From contig CM120641.1 in NCBI GenBank assembly GCA_051362555.1, positions 7,502,001 to 7,566,000 on the forward strand: 64,000 bases of DNA, given 5' to 3'. A program made the position numbers and the translations under genes. The DNA comes from Lingula anatina. Lineage: Eukaryota > Animalia > Brachiopoda. Within the stretch, counting starts at the first letter, position 1. Each line of letters begins with the position of its first letter. Shown here one piece after another: positions 36,582-50,457 of the stretch. The notes under the pieces were generated by a model. That model worked only from the letters and a program-made list of their open reading frames with translations, did not search any database and had not been told where the DNA came from.

Positions 36582-39551
36582 ATGGTGAAGGAGACCAAGT
36601 ATTATGATTTGCTAGGTGTCAAGCCCGATGCCTCAGATGCGGAGCTGAAGAAGGCCTACAGAAAATTAGCACTTAAATATCATCCTGATAAAAATCCAAA
36701 TGAGGGAGAGAAGGTAGGTTCTGTTAAGATTATTGTATGATGGATTGTCATGTTATCTACATATTAATTTTTACTCTATTTCTCTTTTGTGTGTTTAAGT
36801 AGAGGCTTGTCACTCTGAAGTGTTTAAATTCTTCATTTAAGTTTTAACAAATTTATTCATTTTGTCGTTGATATTGCTTTTACTTTCTTTTTCTGAAGGA
36901 AACTTAGAATGAATAAGTTTCAAATAATAATGAAAGTAAATGTGTTGTAAAACTTTCAAGATTAGTTTGGATTCTAACCATATAAAGGATTCAAATATTT
37001 GCTGTATCATTCTGGCAGATTTACCCACATGTATCATTCCCTCTGTACAGACACTCACTACTGTATGTATGAACATGTATATATTCTGTCCTTATCTTCT
37101 TTATCTCAGTTCACCATATATCCATACTCATAACTTTCAAACCATTTGTTGTTTTACTTAAAAGTTTTGTATGGTAAAAGACAGCTCAAGTTTTAAAAAA
37201 TCAGCAGTAGCAGATTATTTCATTAGTACTAAGAGTTGAAATTTGTACTAGTATTTAGAATTTTACATTTCTGTTAAGCCGGTGGGTTTATTTGTGCTCA
37301 AAAGTGTCTTTACTAACATAGTCTTTTCAGATAGGCCCTACTCTCGCATTGAAGATAAATTTATTATTCCTGTCATTTCTGAACTAGGTCTTGATCTGTC
37401 TTATTTGGACTCCCTTTTAAATGTTCTAATAATGATTAGTATGTATTTATAGTATTTGCCAGCCATATATTTCAGTGCAAATTTTCTTACAGTTCAAGCA
37501 AATTTCTCAAGCCTATGAGGTGTTGGCAGATCCAAAGAAACGAGAAATTTATGACAAAGGTGGTGAGGAGGGCATTAAGACAGGAGGAGCAGGTGAATTC
37601 CACAACCCTATGGACATATTTGACATGTTGTTTGGTGGGGGAGGAAGAAGACGAGGCCCTAACAAAGGAAAAGATGTTGTACATCAGCTGTCCGTCAGTC
37701 TAGAAGATCTTTATAATGGAGCCACAAGGAAGTTAGCATTACAGAAGAATGTTATTTGTAATAAATGTGAAGGTAGGGTTCTTGATTTAATTGAAGAAAT
37801 TGACTTAGTAGTATTTACATTTTCATGTGATTTTTATTTCCTGATGATTTTATTAATTTTTTTGTTTATGTGGAGGTGGCATGTTAATGTAGAATAGTGC
37901 CAATTCTTTGGACTGATCTGGAAAGCAAAAAATACAAGTACTTGCACAGTTGAAATAAAAATATAAAAATATAAATTGGAGTACAGAAATATGGTGCACC
38001 AAAAAGTCCATACAAAGTAACAGTATTTATACATTTCTAAGGTCGAGGTGGCAAGAAAGGAGCTGTAGAACAATGTACAACATGTAAAGGCACAGGCATG
38101 CAAGTGCATGTGCAGAGATTAGGCATAGGAATGGTACAGCAGATACAGACTGTTTGCCAGAACTGCAGGGGACAGGGAGAGAAGATTAATGCTAAAGATC
38201 TGTGTAAACAGTGCTCGGGGAAGAAAGTGGTTAGGGAAAGGAAAATTCTGGAGGTTCATATAGACAAAGGTAGGCACTTGGGATTTATTATCTAGTTTCT
38301 TGTATACAAAAAATAGTAGGAAGAAGATTATTGTATAAACTCTTCCAGTTAACATTTTGTTAAGATGGTATACCATTTCCCAAGGGACAGAAAATAATTT
38401 GTCTGATTTATATACTAGTGGAATAAAAACTTCTTAAAGTTTCTATATATAATTATATAAAATTAAAGACCCTGGATTTTCCAGAACATAATAAAGAAGC
38501 TTGGCAGAATTGCATACTTTCATAACCACTGTTATACAATTACTATTTTAAATTGTGAAATTTGTGTACATCAAAAAAAAAAAAAACATTTTAGTCTGAT
38601 CTTCATATTTTACTAGTTGACCAAAAAGCACAATTTGGTGGCCTGAATTTTGAGCTTACAATTGTCAGGTATGAAAGATGGGCAGCAAGTACGCTTTACT
38701 GGAGAGGGAGACCAGGAGCCCGGACTGGAACCTGGGGACATTATTATTATACTGGAGCAAAAAGACCATCCAAAATTTAAAAGGCAAAGCCATGACTTGA
38801 TAATGAACATGGATTTAGAACTGGTGGAGGCTTTATGTGGTTTCAAGAAATCAATAGAGACTTTGGATAAGAGGATACTTGTCATTAGTTCTTTGCCAGG
38901 TATGGAGGAATGAGGGGGGTCATTGGTGATTATAAACACCTTGCCTCTTTTCTCTCTCTTTTTTTAATGTTCTATGTTTATGGATAAAAATATCGTTTTA
39001 GCAGAACCTTTTTGCAAATAACTAAGGGACTTGCACTTTTGTAACAAATTAAACTTATCACTTTGGAATTACTCATTTTCATACAGACTATCTTTGAAAT
39101 TGCAAATTGCTTCAAAGAAATTTTACGAAACTGATTATGGAAATTAACACTACTTGGTACATGGAGAGCAACTTGACGTGAAAAGTTAAACTGCTAAAGA
39201 TATATTTATTTTGCAGGTGAAGTAGTGAAACCTGGGGACTTGAAATGCATACCGAACGAAGGCATGCCCGCACATAGAAATCCATTTGAAAAGGGACTTT
39301 TGATAATAAAATTCGATGTTAAATTCCCAAAGCCAGGCATCATTCCTCATGAGAAACTTCAGAAGGTGGAACATCTTCTGCCTCCTCGAGAGGAGGTGAT
39401 AATACCAGACCATGCTGAGGAGTGTGATTTGGTTGAGTTTGATCCACATCTGCATGGTAGTGCCCACCACAGTAGAGGAGAGGCTTATGATTCTGATGAT
39501 GAAGACGCACATCATGGACATGGACCAGGAGTACAGTGTGCTAGTCATTGA
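36582..39551 (+). CDS. DNAJA1: DnaJ/Hsp40 subfamily A member (DNAJA1/4 type), ~401 aa
   Basis: Exons 36582-36713, 37493-37772, 38042-38269, 38669-38899, 39217-39551 (1206 nt, in phase). [14 protein letters not shown]-domain with HPD, G/F region, four CxxCxGxG-type Zn motifs and C-terminal CaaX (CASH). Confidence 0.95.
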
Positions 39552-40157
39552 TGAGATGTTGAATTACCAGCTATGAGTAATAATATTAATATGAATATGA
39601 AAGTGTGTGGTGGTATGACAAAGTAAGTTTTTAACCTGAATAAAAGCATGCACTGTACCTAACAGGGAAATTTAACACACCAGTATGTAAGTTTATTGTA
39701 TAACCAAAGCAAGAAAAGATCACAGTGAGTGCAGATGTACACAGGTGAAAGTCGTATTGGATTAGTAGTTGTTCATTATATTCAGTAAAAGGTCATCTTG
39801 GTCTAGTTTTTCCAGTGACTTCAATATCTGTTCTTGTACACTTTATCAACAATAATTCTTCAAAGAATAATTTTATTGTGTGTGTCTTTCAACATTTTAA
39901 TTAAGTTCATTAGTCAGGACTGTGAAATCTAACTGAAAATTCAAGCTTTTGGTAGTATGAATAATTAGTTGCTCTACCTTTTAAAGTTGCAAACTGTTTA
40001 GGGTTGTCCTAGTTGCAATACAAAACTTGCATCAGATTCTCATATACCACTGCATTGCTGTTAGGGTTATTAATTATGGAAAGAAAGTACAAGAGGTCTA
40101 TTTTGAATTTCAGTCATGTTTTTACTCATTCAGTAAGTTGTATATTGACAAAGATTT

Positions 40158-40159
<2 letters not shown>

Positions 40160-40203
<44 letters not shown>
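40160..40203. repeat. (AT)n(AC)n microsatellite
   Basis: Direct reading. Confidence 0.9.
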
Positions 40204-40204
<1 letters not shown>

Positions 40205-42998
40205 CTCCAGTGGAAATAGTTGTATGTTATTGTGGATTTTCCAGCTTATGACCATTCAGGTGTTTGAACATGTATCTGGACTTTAAGGTCAGTTCATTGT
40301 GAGTGGAATTGACATTGATTTGAAAATAAGATACATTTTTAAACATCTAGGGTAGAAATATGAATATCTATATTTAAATCTAATAAATGTGCAGTTGTGA
40401 AGATGTCTAAATGATTTATGATCATTGTTAATAAGAACTGGCCTTACCATAAAATGGTATATTCCACTGAACAAACTGTAATTTATGTATATTTGGTAAG
40501 ATATAAAAAGCATGAAAGATGCCATTTTCTCATTATTTGGGTACTTGTGCAGTATACCCCCCAAAATTGCAAGTCTCTCGGATGGAAATTTTTGCTAAAT
40601 GATTTTTTAAATGTTTTATCAACCACTTCAAACCCATTCAAACATAATGATGGCAAAGGTCATTTCAGGATTGAACAAAGAGAGTTGATAAATTGCAAAA
40701 GTAATTTATATGAATAGCAGAGACATCAATCGGTCACCGCATAACTGAATATAAAAAAGTTGAAAATCAAATGCATGTGTATGTTTTGGGGGACATACAG
40801 TATAAGGATCAATGTTTGATGTCTTGTTTATGTATGAGATTAATAAAATATTATTCCAAATTGTGTGGCTTTTTTTATGCACCTGCATTACTATACAACA
40901 TCTACCATTGAAAAATGTCCAAACTGATTTCCCAAAATTCAAATTATAAAAGGGTGATTTTTGTCCAAATAAAATGTGAAAAAATAATTGATTATAACAA
41001 AAATAGATTATTACAAAAAACATTTTTAGACAAAATAATAAAATAAATGTCAGAATGGATTCATAAACCATTGGTAAGTTTGGTAAAATCGTTTACCCTA
41101 AGAATTTCCTTTTTTACCAAAATGAACAGTTTTTATCCCTTAAACTGTTGGACAAGTAACGAACTGCTTAGTTGGCTGACCAAATTTAGTCAGCCAAATC
41201 GCCTGGTGACACATGAACCTGGTAATAAATGAATGTATATACAGACATTTTTAAAAATGAGGTGAATCAATGACTAAAATTATTATTTTGGCTTTTTAGA
41301 AATTAATTACTTCAAAAAATACTTGAAGCTTGTAATTGCTGTTTTTCCATCTGAGTAAAAATAATCAAACCAAAATGAATTACTTTGTCAACTGCTCAGT
41401 TCAGTAATAATTGGGTATATAGTGTGTGTTTTTCCAATATTATTCCCGTTTTAACAAAATGCTCTAGAAAATTGGATAATGCCACGTGGGTGATATAAAT
41501 TGAATGATATAGGAGAAGAAATACCAAAATCTTGTAACAAAATCACGGGGGTGAAATGATGTTAATAATGAGGGAAGAAATTATGAGAGACTGAGCAGAC
41601 TAAAAAAAGTTATATTTAAATATACTTTCTGAAATTCTGAGAAAATAGTCCAATAATAGGGGTTTAAAAAACTTTATTTACGTACAATACGACTGGATGA
41701 CTAATCTAGACTGTGTTAGTTGCGCCACTAAAAGTCACTGGCGACAACCCTGCTTGTATTGGCACAAAATTTATGTTAATTTTGTTATAAAGTACAGTTC
41801 TTCAGTACAAACTATTATAAATATCATAACCTGATGCCCTATACTGCCATGTATAATCTTTCTAACCATTAATTGCAATTGCTTTCGTCGGCCGATTTTT
41901 GTAGTGCCCAATGAACTGTAAAATCTGTACACGTTTAGCACTGTGTTTGGCTATCTGGATAACTAAAACCCCACCTGTAAACCATCCATTAAAAGGGATG
42001 TCAGTGTCACAAAATAGTTTCCATGAAGCGCCATTTTCGTTTAAACGTAAAAACATTAACTACGATTTAATTGATTTTAATGTTAAAATACAGATATAAT
42101 TAATATAATAAAACGAAATACTTTGACCAAATCTAGTGGTTCCATCGTTCTCAAGCTTTAGTTCTCAAAGAGGCGCTATTTCACATTGTCTCTTGTATTC
42201 TTTTAAGATTGACCTTTAAAGTTACCTTAATCATTTCCATTTGCTTTATGAAAATATGCATAAGGCCAAAAGACAAAATTATACAGAAAAACGCAAATAA
42301 GTAACGCCGTAGAAGTAAAAAACGAATGTCTCATTTGTACTTAGATGTAATGAGTGATATGAGATCATCCTTCGATACAATTTTCTGGAAAACGGAAGCC
42401 ATGGAATCAGCATGGTTACTGACAGCAAATAACCCAAGCTTGTGTCTCCAAGGCAACAACAGGTGAGGTTGGTTTGACAGTGACAACTATTATTCAATGC
42501 GGCACAAATAATATGTCACAAATCACGACATAGGCATAATCTATGTAGATTATTAGCTTGACGAAGAGATACTTGTCTCCACAGCGTTTGCCGTAGCTGT
42601 AGCATAACCCGATTAACCGAAAGGATCTCTTAAAAGATGACAGGAAATGAAATGAAAAAGCTCGACGACTATTTTCAACGACATACAAAATCGATGACAG
42701 TGAAAGCGGCAACAGGTGAAATTCTCTGTATTATCAAACCGTCGCCATATTCACTGCGGTGACAGCCACTGCGTTCAGTGACATTTCAAGTGAGTCGGCC
42801 CACGTTTTGAGCAATGCCTTGGTCCTTGAGCCTTTTTGTAGCATGATTTTGACACTGCGTTCACATATGAAAACCACAAAGGATAGAAATGAATAGATGG
42901 TATAAATTGTCTGCGAAATAACCATTACTCTACGATTAATGTGTCTCTACCGTTCAACACAAATCTATACTAATTAATTAGTTGTAGATGTGTTCGAG

Positions 42999-45900
42999 AT
43001 GAGAGGAATCTTACAGCGCTGTTGGCGGGCGATGTCGTCCTGGAGTTCTAGTTATGACGAAACATCTCTTCAAAAAAGGGAAAGTATTCTTGGGAAATTG
43101 TACCATTTGGTTTGGAGCAAAGGTAAGTTTGTGTACAGCCACTTGGTTCACAGTTTTATAATAACGGTGAAATGATTTCACGTAGCAGAATATTATCGTA
43201 ATACGAATATCCAATGGTAACCTTCTATCGAAGAATTGATCTCTAATAGGATAAAAATCTTCATGGGTATGATATTGGTGTCATTTATTTTTGGAGACCA
43301 CGCCCAAATTTAAATGTCAGCAACACTTTGAGGTTGACTGTATTAAGATCTGAAATGGTATTTTTTTCTTTATTCAATATTTAATAATATTGCAAACAAT
43401 ATTATTAATAAATTTGTAATGATGAAAATTAATGCTCATGGGAACTTCACGAGTTTACTCTGCGTTAATCTATATGAGTGTATACGGAAAATACTCAATA
43501 TGTTAAGCCAATTAGCAATTTTTAAAACTGATTAAAAGCCTCGCTTTTGCACGAACGATTTTAGCCAAATGCAGCTGTATGAGTCCCTTTGAACAAAAAT
43601 CAGAAATGCCCTTCCTGTTTTGATAAGATTCAGTCAGCCAAAAATTCAACCTGGATCGCATTATTTCGCATTCATACATTGGTATTATAAGGAGGAACGC
43701 AGCCCTGCATAAACCTCTGAACATGCGAAAATATAGCTGATACAGTGTATTGCTTTTCTACTGTATCCAATTTAGTAATACTTGTTATATGATGGTACAT
43801 TGTGTATGCTTAAAGGTAGGGGTCTATACTATCCGCATTTTAAAATATCCACTAGTGATATTTTCTATATCTACAATATCCAACAAAGCTACTGACTATA
43901 AAGACATATAAATTTAAACCCCCAAATAAAAGTATCTGTTGTCGTTACTGCCATCTGAAATGTTTATGAAGAGAGGGGCGTTTAAACGATTGGCAAGTAT
44001 ATCAGATCTAAATTATTTAATTAGAAATGTTATAAAATATAAACTCCGGGTGTCGGGACGGCTGGTAAGTAGGAAAAATGCGTTTTTTCGCTAAAAAATC
44101 GATTTGGCCGGAAAGTCCCGGAAAAATACGATTTCAGTTACATATTACCAAGAATGTTCTTGTTTTGTTGAAACTCCTTGATATTACTAAGTACCTAAAC
44201 GTCGCATGACTGTAAAGTTCATGATGAGTCATACCTTTATGTACACGTACAGACTTATCAAGAATGTAATTACCTACGGCAAATGCCCACGCCCTTTTCC
44301 TTATTTAGTTTTGATATAAAATGAACATTTTGACACCTTAAAATGTTTCGGAGTTTACAAAATGGATCAGTTTAATGCATGAATACAACAAAATGAATAG
44401 ATACATCCTTCCTAAAAATACATTTAGAAAACCCTACAGAATCGAATCCTGATATACAAATGGAAATTGATATTTTTAAGCAATAATTTCTGCACGTTAT
44501 TATCCAAACCGTCAATACTTTCCTGCTGTTTCCAGATGCATAAGCATTCACAATTACGCACATTTTCATTTAGAAGTCATTATGTTGTGAAAAATGTCCC
44601 TTGTGATAACTGATAATGTCAACAGAAATGAAATGTAATGCTATCCCAGGAATGGATACCGTGTCGCAATGGTAACAAATGAAAGTGGGTTGCAGCATTA
44701 AACCTGTCAGTTTATCTATTTATCGAAATAAATCAATTCTTGTTAACACTGGCTAATACTCAACGTGAGAGGGTTATTTCACTGCATTACTGGAATGAAA
44801 ATCCAATCCTGAACACTGTGTTGAGTCTTGGACATAATAGCGTTATTATGTCTAAGGTTGAATACACGTATTGTTGCTACTTATTTTCGAAGATTTCATC
44901 TATTTCTTTTGTTCAATTTTTTAGTATTGAAACCCTTTTATTTTCACAAGTTATAATATTGGGAATAATAATAACAATTATAACAACAAAAACATAATAA
45001 TAACAATAATATGATTATTCTCCAATATAAAATCCGAACTTTAATTTTGACGACATGATACCAAAATAAGCATCAATTAAGGTGGCATCTGGAGACGATG
45101 AGACCGGTAATCGAGGTTAACTGTATGGAATACACCAGGACCTATCTGATTACACGCGTAAATTGTAAAGAATTAAGCAAGTATACATTTACCCGAGAGT
45201 CCTCTACAGTTTCGCCTATTCTTGTCGCAATATTACAGGGGTACTTGAACAATACCACAGTGTGATATGTACATATGCCTATAAATCGTGCGCATATGCT
45301 TTCATGGCCCTTACTTCATGAACTGTAGTACTTTATTCCCCTAGAAAAGTCAAGGTTATTATCTGATATTTTGATTTAAATAAAATCCAAGTTCCTCAAA
45401 ATACTAGACCAGTCTTTATCCTGTCCTTTCAGAAGGTATTCAACGCGATCACCTCCTTGAATGGGTTAGCAAGAAACTCCCAGATTTTCAGATCAAGGAT
45501 CTGAATGTGAGTTGGCAAGATGGTCTTGCCTTGTGTGCTTTACTTGAGACGATCCTTCCCGGCTCGTGTCCCAAATGCTATCTGCTTGTTCCGGAAGAGG
45601 GTTTCCATAACTGCATGCTGGCATTACACGTGGCTAATAGGTACTTTGGCATACCTGAAGTAAGTTCGAATTTATTTCGATTAAGTAAAGGTAGTCATTC
45701 TATGACATCGAAGAGGTTGATTAAAACGTTAAAAGGCAAAGAAAAATTATTTTCAGAACTCTTAATCGGAAGCCTAATTGGCCGGCTGTTTGTCCTTTTA
45801 TACCTATGAATATTTTAAAAACTAATAGATATTGCTGATGTTGATTTCTAAGCACTTTATACATGGTTATTTTTCAGAATATTGTCACAGCAGAAGAGAT

Positions 45901-48900
45901 AGCAGGCGGTATAGGAAAGAATAAACTGGAGATGCTCTTACTGTCTCTTAAAGAATTTTCTGACGCCCGTGACTTGCTGGACGAGAGGAGTCGTCAGGAA
46001 GCAAATGACCGAATAGCGCAGACGATCGTGGCCAAAGGCAGCGGCCTTCTTGGTGGAATTGTCGGGAGACGCTCGAGGTGTACCATTTTTGTACCGTCTG
46101 AACATCTTAAAGAAGTGTTAGAGCTAGATGTTGAGATACTGGGTCCAAATAATGAATGCTGCAGCGAAAAGGTAAGATCTTTACCAATGCGGGAGACAGG
46201 GGTTCTTCCCAAACAGCGTTCGACGGATAATGAAGATTTGCCCTCAATTTTATTCCACCATCAGTGTGTTACAGAAGGACATGTATTGATTAGTTTCGTG
46301 CCTCAAACCGCAGGCACACACACCATTAGCATACAGTGGCAAAGTTCTCATATTAACGACAGTCCGTTTATTGTTAAAGTATCACCTGGGAGAGCACTGC
46401 ATCATCGTCAAGGGTCCCTTAACACAATGGAACCAAATGAAATGGTTCACAGAAGTTTGCGTCACACATCATCAGATTTCGGTGCCAATAGCACGGATAC
46501 CAGCGATCTTTCGCTGACTAAAACACAAGGAAACGAGTCGACGTCACGTGCTTTGACACCCGTCACAACTTTCACGCAGCAACCGACTGTCATGCGGCGA
46601 CGGATTTTGAAGCGAGTCATCAGTACTAAGGATGGAAATGAGATCATTCTCCATGATGCGTCATGTTCCTCTGGCCCCTCCAGGGAAAGCAGTCCCGAGG
46701 TTCTAAGAATGATGAATAAGGATAAACATTTAAAACAACGCGGTTCGAAGGAAAAATTGCGTAGAACTGTTGCTTTGCCTCTTGGTGGTAAAAATATAGC
46801 GGACCAAAAACAAACTGAACGTACGTCAGACAATGGTACTGATAAATGTTACAAGTTTAGAGTGTCAGATGATATAAAACTCGACTCCCAATTGAGCGGC
46901 GAATTAAAATACATTCCTGGACGCCAAGGTATTTCCAAGCAATGTTTGGATTCAGATCAGCGTGATCAAACCAAAACAACACCATGCTTGTTACAGTCAG
47001 CAGAAGATGAAGGGAAAGAATTGTCAAGGGACGAATTATCAAATGGCACAAACCCTTCTTTAAAATGTTTACAATCAGACAGCTTAAATAAAACGTGTTA
47101 TTACATGGCAAACAAGGCTATATTCCAGACTTTTGCATCTTCGAGTTCCACAGATGATCCAAATGCAATTATAAAAGTCCCGGTTCGTGCAACTCGCTCC
47201 TATCCACTACTTCGTAAGACGTACACAGCCATCGAACTTGAACCTGAAGACACCATGTCGCCGGACGACATTGAGGATGTTACGATACTGATGCAGAAAA
47301 GAAGAAAAAGATTCAGTCTGGAGGGTAGTGGTTTGTCCAACAGTCTAGAACTGTTCCAGACAAAGCGTGGGATTAACCATCCTGTCCCTCCGCTTAGCAC
47401 TGTATTTAGCATGGACGACGAATGCGGTGTTGACGCATCAGTTGAAAAAATGGCGCAAGTTGATGAAAACGAAACATACATTGATCAAGATGGCAAATCT
47501 TCAGAAAATTCAGTTTCTGAATTTGACGAAGATTCTGAGATCTCTAAAGAAAATATTTCTACAGAACCCCAAACACTATCAGAGATAGATAAATCTACTC
47601 AAGTCACTTACGAGGAGATCAAAACCGAAACTGGATGGGCGTCCAAAGACGCTGATACGGGTACTGATTGTTACATGGTTAGACGCCGTATTCCACTATA
47701 CGTGGACTCCTTGCCGTTAGGTATTCCGCAGAAGAGAACAGAAGAGGGTCTTCATAGAGATCAGCCGGATTTTTCAAGCGATCAGCGGATAAGTGAGCTG
47801 GATTGGGTACAGGACAAAGGGACAGTAAATGATGTCTTTAATGGAGTAGAAGATAGTGGGATCGCAATTGATTCTCCCTCTGAGTCGTATATAAGTATTT
47901 CTGGTTATTGGGATCACCAAAATTCTCCTCTTTCGCAACACGTGACAGAAGTACAGTCTGCTTTCCGTCAGTCTAAAAGAAAAGATAACAAAATAACAAA
48001 TAGAAACCTGACTTACCTTTCAAGTTCCACTACCAGTTCGGAGAGAAAAATGGATAAAAACGACTCCCATAGTAGAGACAAGGAGCAACAGACAGGCAAA
48101 AAAGGTAGCCACAAAACTACAGGCAAGCGAAGAAAACACTCAGGGGTGAACAAATATTCTTCAAAGTGTGTCAGGAAAAGCTCCACTACTTCTGTTTCAA
48201 AGGGAACAGCCAAAACTGAGGTGTCCTCGCGTAATAGGCGGTGGCGCAGGTCGGGCCAACCAAAATGGAACTCCCTAACAAGCAGAGGCTCGTTCGACAC
48301 ATCCATCGAAGACGATTCATTTGCGGAAGGGAGACGACTAGCACACGTCAACAGAGAAAATGTTTTAGAAACAGAAGAAATCGCTGTTCCCAAATCGACC
48401 CACCCCCAACTGCATCCAAAAGATTCCCCTGCTGTTGAGAAGCAGAAGTCACTTTTAGATCAGTTTTCACCTACGTTGCCACCGGAATCCATTCAAGAAA
48501 CGCCAAACTCCCCAAATGATAAGAAATTAAGTCATCGAAGGGCACTATTTATGGATACATTTGGAAGCAGTAGCCTGCAAAGTCAAGACAGTAGATCGTT
48601 TGACTCAGGAGATGGATACGATGTGGCATCTTGGATGACAAGTGCGTGCAAATGCCGTGCTTTCGGAACTGGCCTAAGCTTTGGATACGTAGGGGCAAAG
48701 ACCAACTTTCAAGTAAGATTTTAGCATATTAAGAAAAAGTCGGGTTTAAGTGAGAAAAGTCCAATTATAAGTTATTTTCGACTTTCGTATGTTTAAAATG
48801 CATTTGCTACAAAAGGAAAATATATTGATATATTATGTAAAAAAAAATTAGAAAAGAGTTTGCAGCGAAATAGACTGTTTAATTTATTTTCTCCACTTGA

Positions 48901-49186
48901 GTAAGCAATCGCAAGTGTTTTCGTTTCATCGCTTTACGTTTTCAGCGATAAATAAATTTATTTCTTCAAGGTGGATTCATCAGAATCTGATAGTGGTTAC
49001 TTGATGGTCGGAGTCAAGGGTCCATTCCCACGGTCAGTGACAGAAGTGACCATAACAGATACGGGGGACAATCTACATGAGGTGGTCTTTGAGGCAACTC
49101 TTCCTGGGCACTACCTGATCACTGTGAAGTGGAATGATAAGAATATTCCAGGAAGTCCTTTTATGTGCCACATTACCTTCGCGTAG
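42999..49186 (+). CDS. Filamin-related protein (~1133 aa): CH domain, one filamin Ig repeat, long disordered linker, C-terminal filamin Ig repeat
   Basis: Exons 42999-43122 (start uncertain), 45433-45659, 45878-48712, 48971-49186 join in phase. CH2-like LLEWVSKKLPDFQIKDLNVSWQDGLALCALLE; Ig motifs AKGSGL..FVPQTAGTHTISIQW..HINDSPFIVKV and AFGTGL..GHYLITVKWNDKNIPGSPF. Confidence 0.85.
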
Positions 49187-50457
49187 CAGGTAGTTGTGTG
49201 ACATTTCACTGACCAGTTGTTTTGACCTTTTTGATATCCTGGAGCAGCCAGGGGACCAATAATGGAGATCATGGAGTTAAGGGTGCACTGGGTTATATTG
49301 CAACTTACAGTGCCATTATTTTTATAATATTGTGATTATGAGGAGGGTAGTTTCACCTGCCACAGGAAATCGTTTGATCTAAGGATAAACTTGACGCTCA
49401 CAATCGGGCCACCTGTGAACCTGATAACAATTTTTCCGAAATTTCTATATGACAAGCAGAAGCAAAAACAGGCAAAGGCGAGAAACAATGTTTGTAGTGT
49501 AGTGTCGCAACAATAATAAGAATGGAAAATCAAGAACACCTTATTCTAACCACACACAATTGACCGACATGTCTTTTGCAAAGCACTGTAAGTCATGACG
49601 TCAAGAAATTACTTGTTTTTACTGTGATTTTCGCATAGTGGTTACTTTTTCCATTATCGTTTCATATAATTTCATACAATTGTGTCAATTTTTGGATTTA
49701 TATTGTGATTTTGTATTTTGTCCAAACCTTAATGCATTCATGTTAAAAATTAAATGTTATTTGCAAGTAATGTTATTTGAATCCTTGCAACATTTGACGC
49801 ACACGAAACGCAGGCTAATGTAACCTTCTTGCAAGTTGACATAATTCTATTCTTTCATTTAATAACAAAAAAATTATTACTAATACTACAAAACTAATAA
49901 CTCATAGATCTATAGTCCATTTTAAAATAAATTCCAGCCGAAAAAAATCCACTTCAGACAAAAAAAAAAAGTTATCTGTGTTAAAAACGTTAAAAAATGT
50001 AATACTTGTACTAATACGCTTTGTTGATTTCAGCATGAAAGAAAGTACACTCATGGCATTAATGTTTTGTATTATTTTATTTTTGTGTAGATATTACAGT
50101 TATATATCCATAACTTTACTCGAATGTTTAACTGGACTCTATCTTCAGAAACGATGAGCCAAGTACAAAAACGTTGAGTGTACAGTAAACAATTCAAATG
50201 ATGTAATACATATAGATATTGTCTTCAGCTAGACGACTAATAATTCTCACACAGTTATCTTACAATGTTACTATACACAGATTGTACTCATAAGCCTTTA
50301 ACTATTTATCAACACCAGAGTCTTCATTTTTGGCGATGTCACTTTCTTATGCAGTCATTTATGGTTTTTTTCTCATTTTTCTCCAAAGAACTTAGCAGGG
50401 CTCCAGTCTCAATTCATTTAAATGTCTGTACAATTAAGTTTTTTTTCCAGTTCATCT

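Noticed and set aside
49184-49195. Stop-codon readthrough at the mini-filamin TAG CAG GTA
   Set aside because: The context does not match the TGA-CTAG or TAG-CAR-YYA motifs, and the Ig domain is already complete.
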